The notes under the pieces are model-generated. The model was not told the DNA's origin and did no database searches. It worked only from the letters and a program-made list of their open reading frames with translations. The position numbers and the translations under genes were made by a program. Shown here piece by piece: positions 25,934 to 27,505 of a stretch of 27,505 nucleotides of DNA. Origin of the DNA: Sulfurimonadaceae bacterium (lineage in GTDB: Bacteria; Campylobacterota; Campylobacteria; Campylobacterales; Sulfurimonadaceae); assembly GCA_041548245.1 (NCBI GenBank), contig JBFESZ010000018.1, forward strand, positions 1 through 27,505, given 5' to 3'. Positions within the stretch are counted from its first letter, which is position 1; each line of letters opens with the position of its first letter.

Positions 25934-27246
25934 TGAAGAAAATTTTAACTGTTTTATTGGCATTGAGTCTATCTGTCTTTGCAGCGACTGAGACAGAACT
26001 AGAGCGTGCATACGCTAAAGAGTTTGCTTACTTAAAAGCACAAAAACAGATGTTGCAAAAACGTTTAAATGACATCAAAACGACACAAAACAAAAAACTT
26101 ACAAGTGCGAAGAAAGAACTTGATGTTCTTCAAAACCTTGTTTTGAAGAAAAATGCGATGAATGAAAAGCTTGAAACAGAGCTGTTCCGTGCCCGTCAAA
26201 ATGCACAGGCAATCACAGATGACACATCTTTAATCGAAACAGTGATGATGCAGTCTACTGCAGCTTTGAAACCATTTGGTGTTGATGTGAAAGTTGACGA
26301 ACAAAACTATCAGGGCTCATTAGAGACTGTATTTATGGAAGCCAATGCACTTGTCTCTAAACTTGGTAAGGTAAGTGCTGAAGATGGTAAGTTCTATGTA
26401 CAAGACGGAAGTGAGAAAACTGGACGTGTCATCAAAATCGGTAATATCGCTGCTTATGGTATAGCTGATGATGTAGCAGGCGCTTTGGTACCGGCGGGAG
26501 CAGGTAAACTAAAGATCTGGGATGCAGAAGGTTCAGCGAAAAGTGCACACGCTTTCAATGAAGGTAAAGCAGTAGAAACAATGAACATCTTCTTATACGA
26601 AAATGCTGAAAAAGAGATTGAAGAAGCTGCAGAGAAGACTGTTGTCAGTGTCATCAACTCAGGTGGACTGATCGGATGGATCATTGTGCTACTAGGGGCA
26701 GGAGCAATGATCCTTGTAGCATTGAGAATCATTTTCTTGATGGGTGCGGCTAAAGCGACTGGTAATCTTGCGAAACCGGTTCTTACTAAACTTCTTCAAG
26801 ATGGCAAAGAGAGCGCACTTGAATACATGAAGACACAAAAAGGTTCAACGGCCCGTGTCCTTAAAGCGACTATCCGTAACCTTGACAGAGACCGTGAACA
26901 TATTGAAGATATCGTAGCTGAGTCGATCTTGCATGAGAGTGGAAGACTGGATCGTTTCGGTTCAATGATCCTTGTGGTAGCGGCTGTTGCTCCACTTCTT
27001 GGTCTTCTTGGAACTGTAACAGGTATGATCGCGACATTTGATATTATCACTGAGTTTGGTACGGGTGATCCAAAACTGCTTTCAGGCGGTATTTCTATTG
27101 CTCTTGTGACAACAGAACTTGGTCTTATCGTTGCGATTCCTGTACTTATGCTAGGTAACCTGCTAAGCGGTTGGGCTGAACGTATTAAAGACTCTATGGA
27201 GCACTCAGCATTACACCTTATCAATGAGTATAACAAGCAGGCGTAA
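25933..27246 (+). CDS. Extended MotA/TolQ/ExbB proton-channel protein (TtpC-like)
   Basis: Large periplasmic N-terminal domain, then APLLGLLGTVTGMI, GISIALVTTELGLIVAIP; TAATG coupling to the upstream gene. Confidence 0.9.
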   Translation: MKKILTVLLALSLSVFAATETELERAYAKEFAYLKAQKQMLQKRLNDIKTTQNKKLTSAKKELDVLQNLVLKKNAMNEKLETELFRARQNAQAITDDTSLIETVMMQSTAALKPFGVDVKVDEQNYQGSLETVFMEANALVSKLGKVSAEDGKFYVQDGSEKTGRVIKIGNIAAYGIADDVAGALVPAGAGKLKIWDAEGSAKSAHAFNEGKAVETMNIFLYENAEKEIEEAAEKTVVSVINSGGLIGWIIVLLGAGAMILVALRIIFLMGAAKATGNLAKPVLTKLLQDGKESALEYMKTQKGSTARVLKATIRNLDRDREHIEDIVAESILHESGRLDRFGSMILVVAAVAPLLGLLGTVTGMIATFDIITEFGTGDPKLLSGGISIALVTTELGLIVAIPVLMLGNLLSGWAERIKDSMEHSALHLINEYNKQA

Positions 27247-27505
27247 ATGGAGTTTTTAATCCAGGGGTTTGAGCAGTTTTTTGCCTATATGAATAGTGGT
27301 GGCTATGTTATGTGGCCGCTTGCTATCTGTGTGTTGGTATTATGGTATGCCTTAGGCTATCGTTATTACACGCTCAATCGCGGTTCAAAAGCTACGGTTA
27401 GAAATCTTGTCAGAAAATTCCAAGAGGGTATCCGAAGTGAGCCTAAAGGAATGATAGACGGGGCTATTGTAGAAGCGATAGCTATTGTTAAAAAAGAGGG
27501 TCATA
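27247..27505 (+). CDS. Second MotA/TolQ/ExbB-family protein, truncated by the window end
   Basis: Manual translation MEFLIQGFEQFFAYMNSGGYVMWPLAICVLVLWYALGYR...; GG.VMWPL is the ExbB TM1 signature. Confidence 0.8.
   Translation, partial: MEFLIQGFEQFFAYMNSGGYVMWPLAICVLVLWYALGYRYYTLNRGSKATVRNLVRKFQEGIRSEPKGMIDGAIVEAIAIVKKEGH

Noticed and set aside
1-27505. Mobile elements, prophage or defence systems
   Set aside because: No transposase, integrase, phage structural, restriction-modification or toxin-antitoxin motifs recognised.

Overview
Chromosomal window from a Campylobacterota (Sulfurimonas/Sulfurovum-like) bacterium, judged from tRNA-Arg(GCG), mqnP with its conserved neighbours, TGnTATAAT promoters and a PhosR-type regulator. 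Left to right: partial miaA, two DUF2628 paralogs, a lipoprotein alpha/beta hydrolase, the mqnP operon, tRNA-Arg, galU, a minus-strand cluster (metH, DsbC-like, Cys-rich protein, hypothetical, leader ORF, TonB-dependent receptor, membrane protein), two c-di-GMP enzymes, a UDG-family gene, an uncalled 41-aa lipoprotein, a CNNM/CBS protein, msrA, a DsbA-family gene, and a PhoB/PhosR-like regulator divergent from a large lipoprotein plus a TtpB/TtpC/ExbB-type TonB system. Best leads: (1) a 108-aa Cys-cluster, ...SGISPPS-ending leader ORF ahead of the TonB receptor, a candidate ribosome-arrest regulator; (2) a structured ~160-290 nt RNA between msrA and the DsbA-family gene with two identical C/U-rich loops inside a closing stem (RepG/CJnc190-like); (3) three promoters with the same pho-box geometry, defining a local phosphate-starvation module; (4) a terminator-like hairpin in the metH leader. 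No transposase, phage gene or CRISPR array was seen. All family calls come from motif recognition, not database searches.
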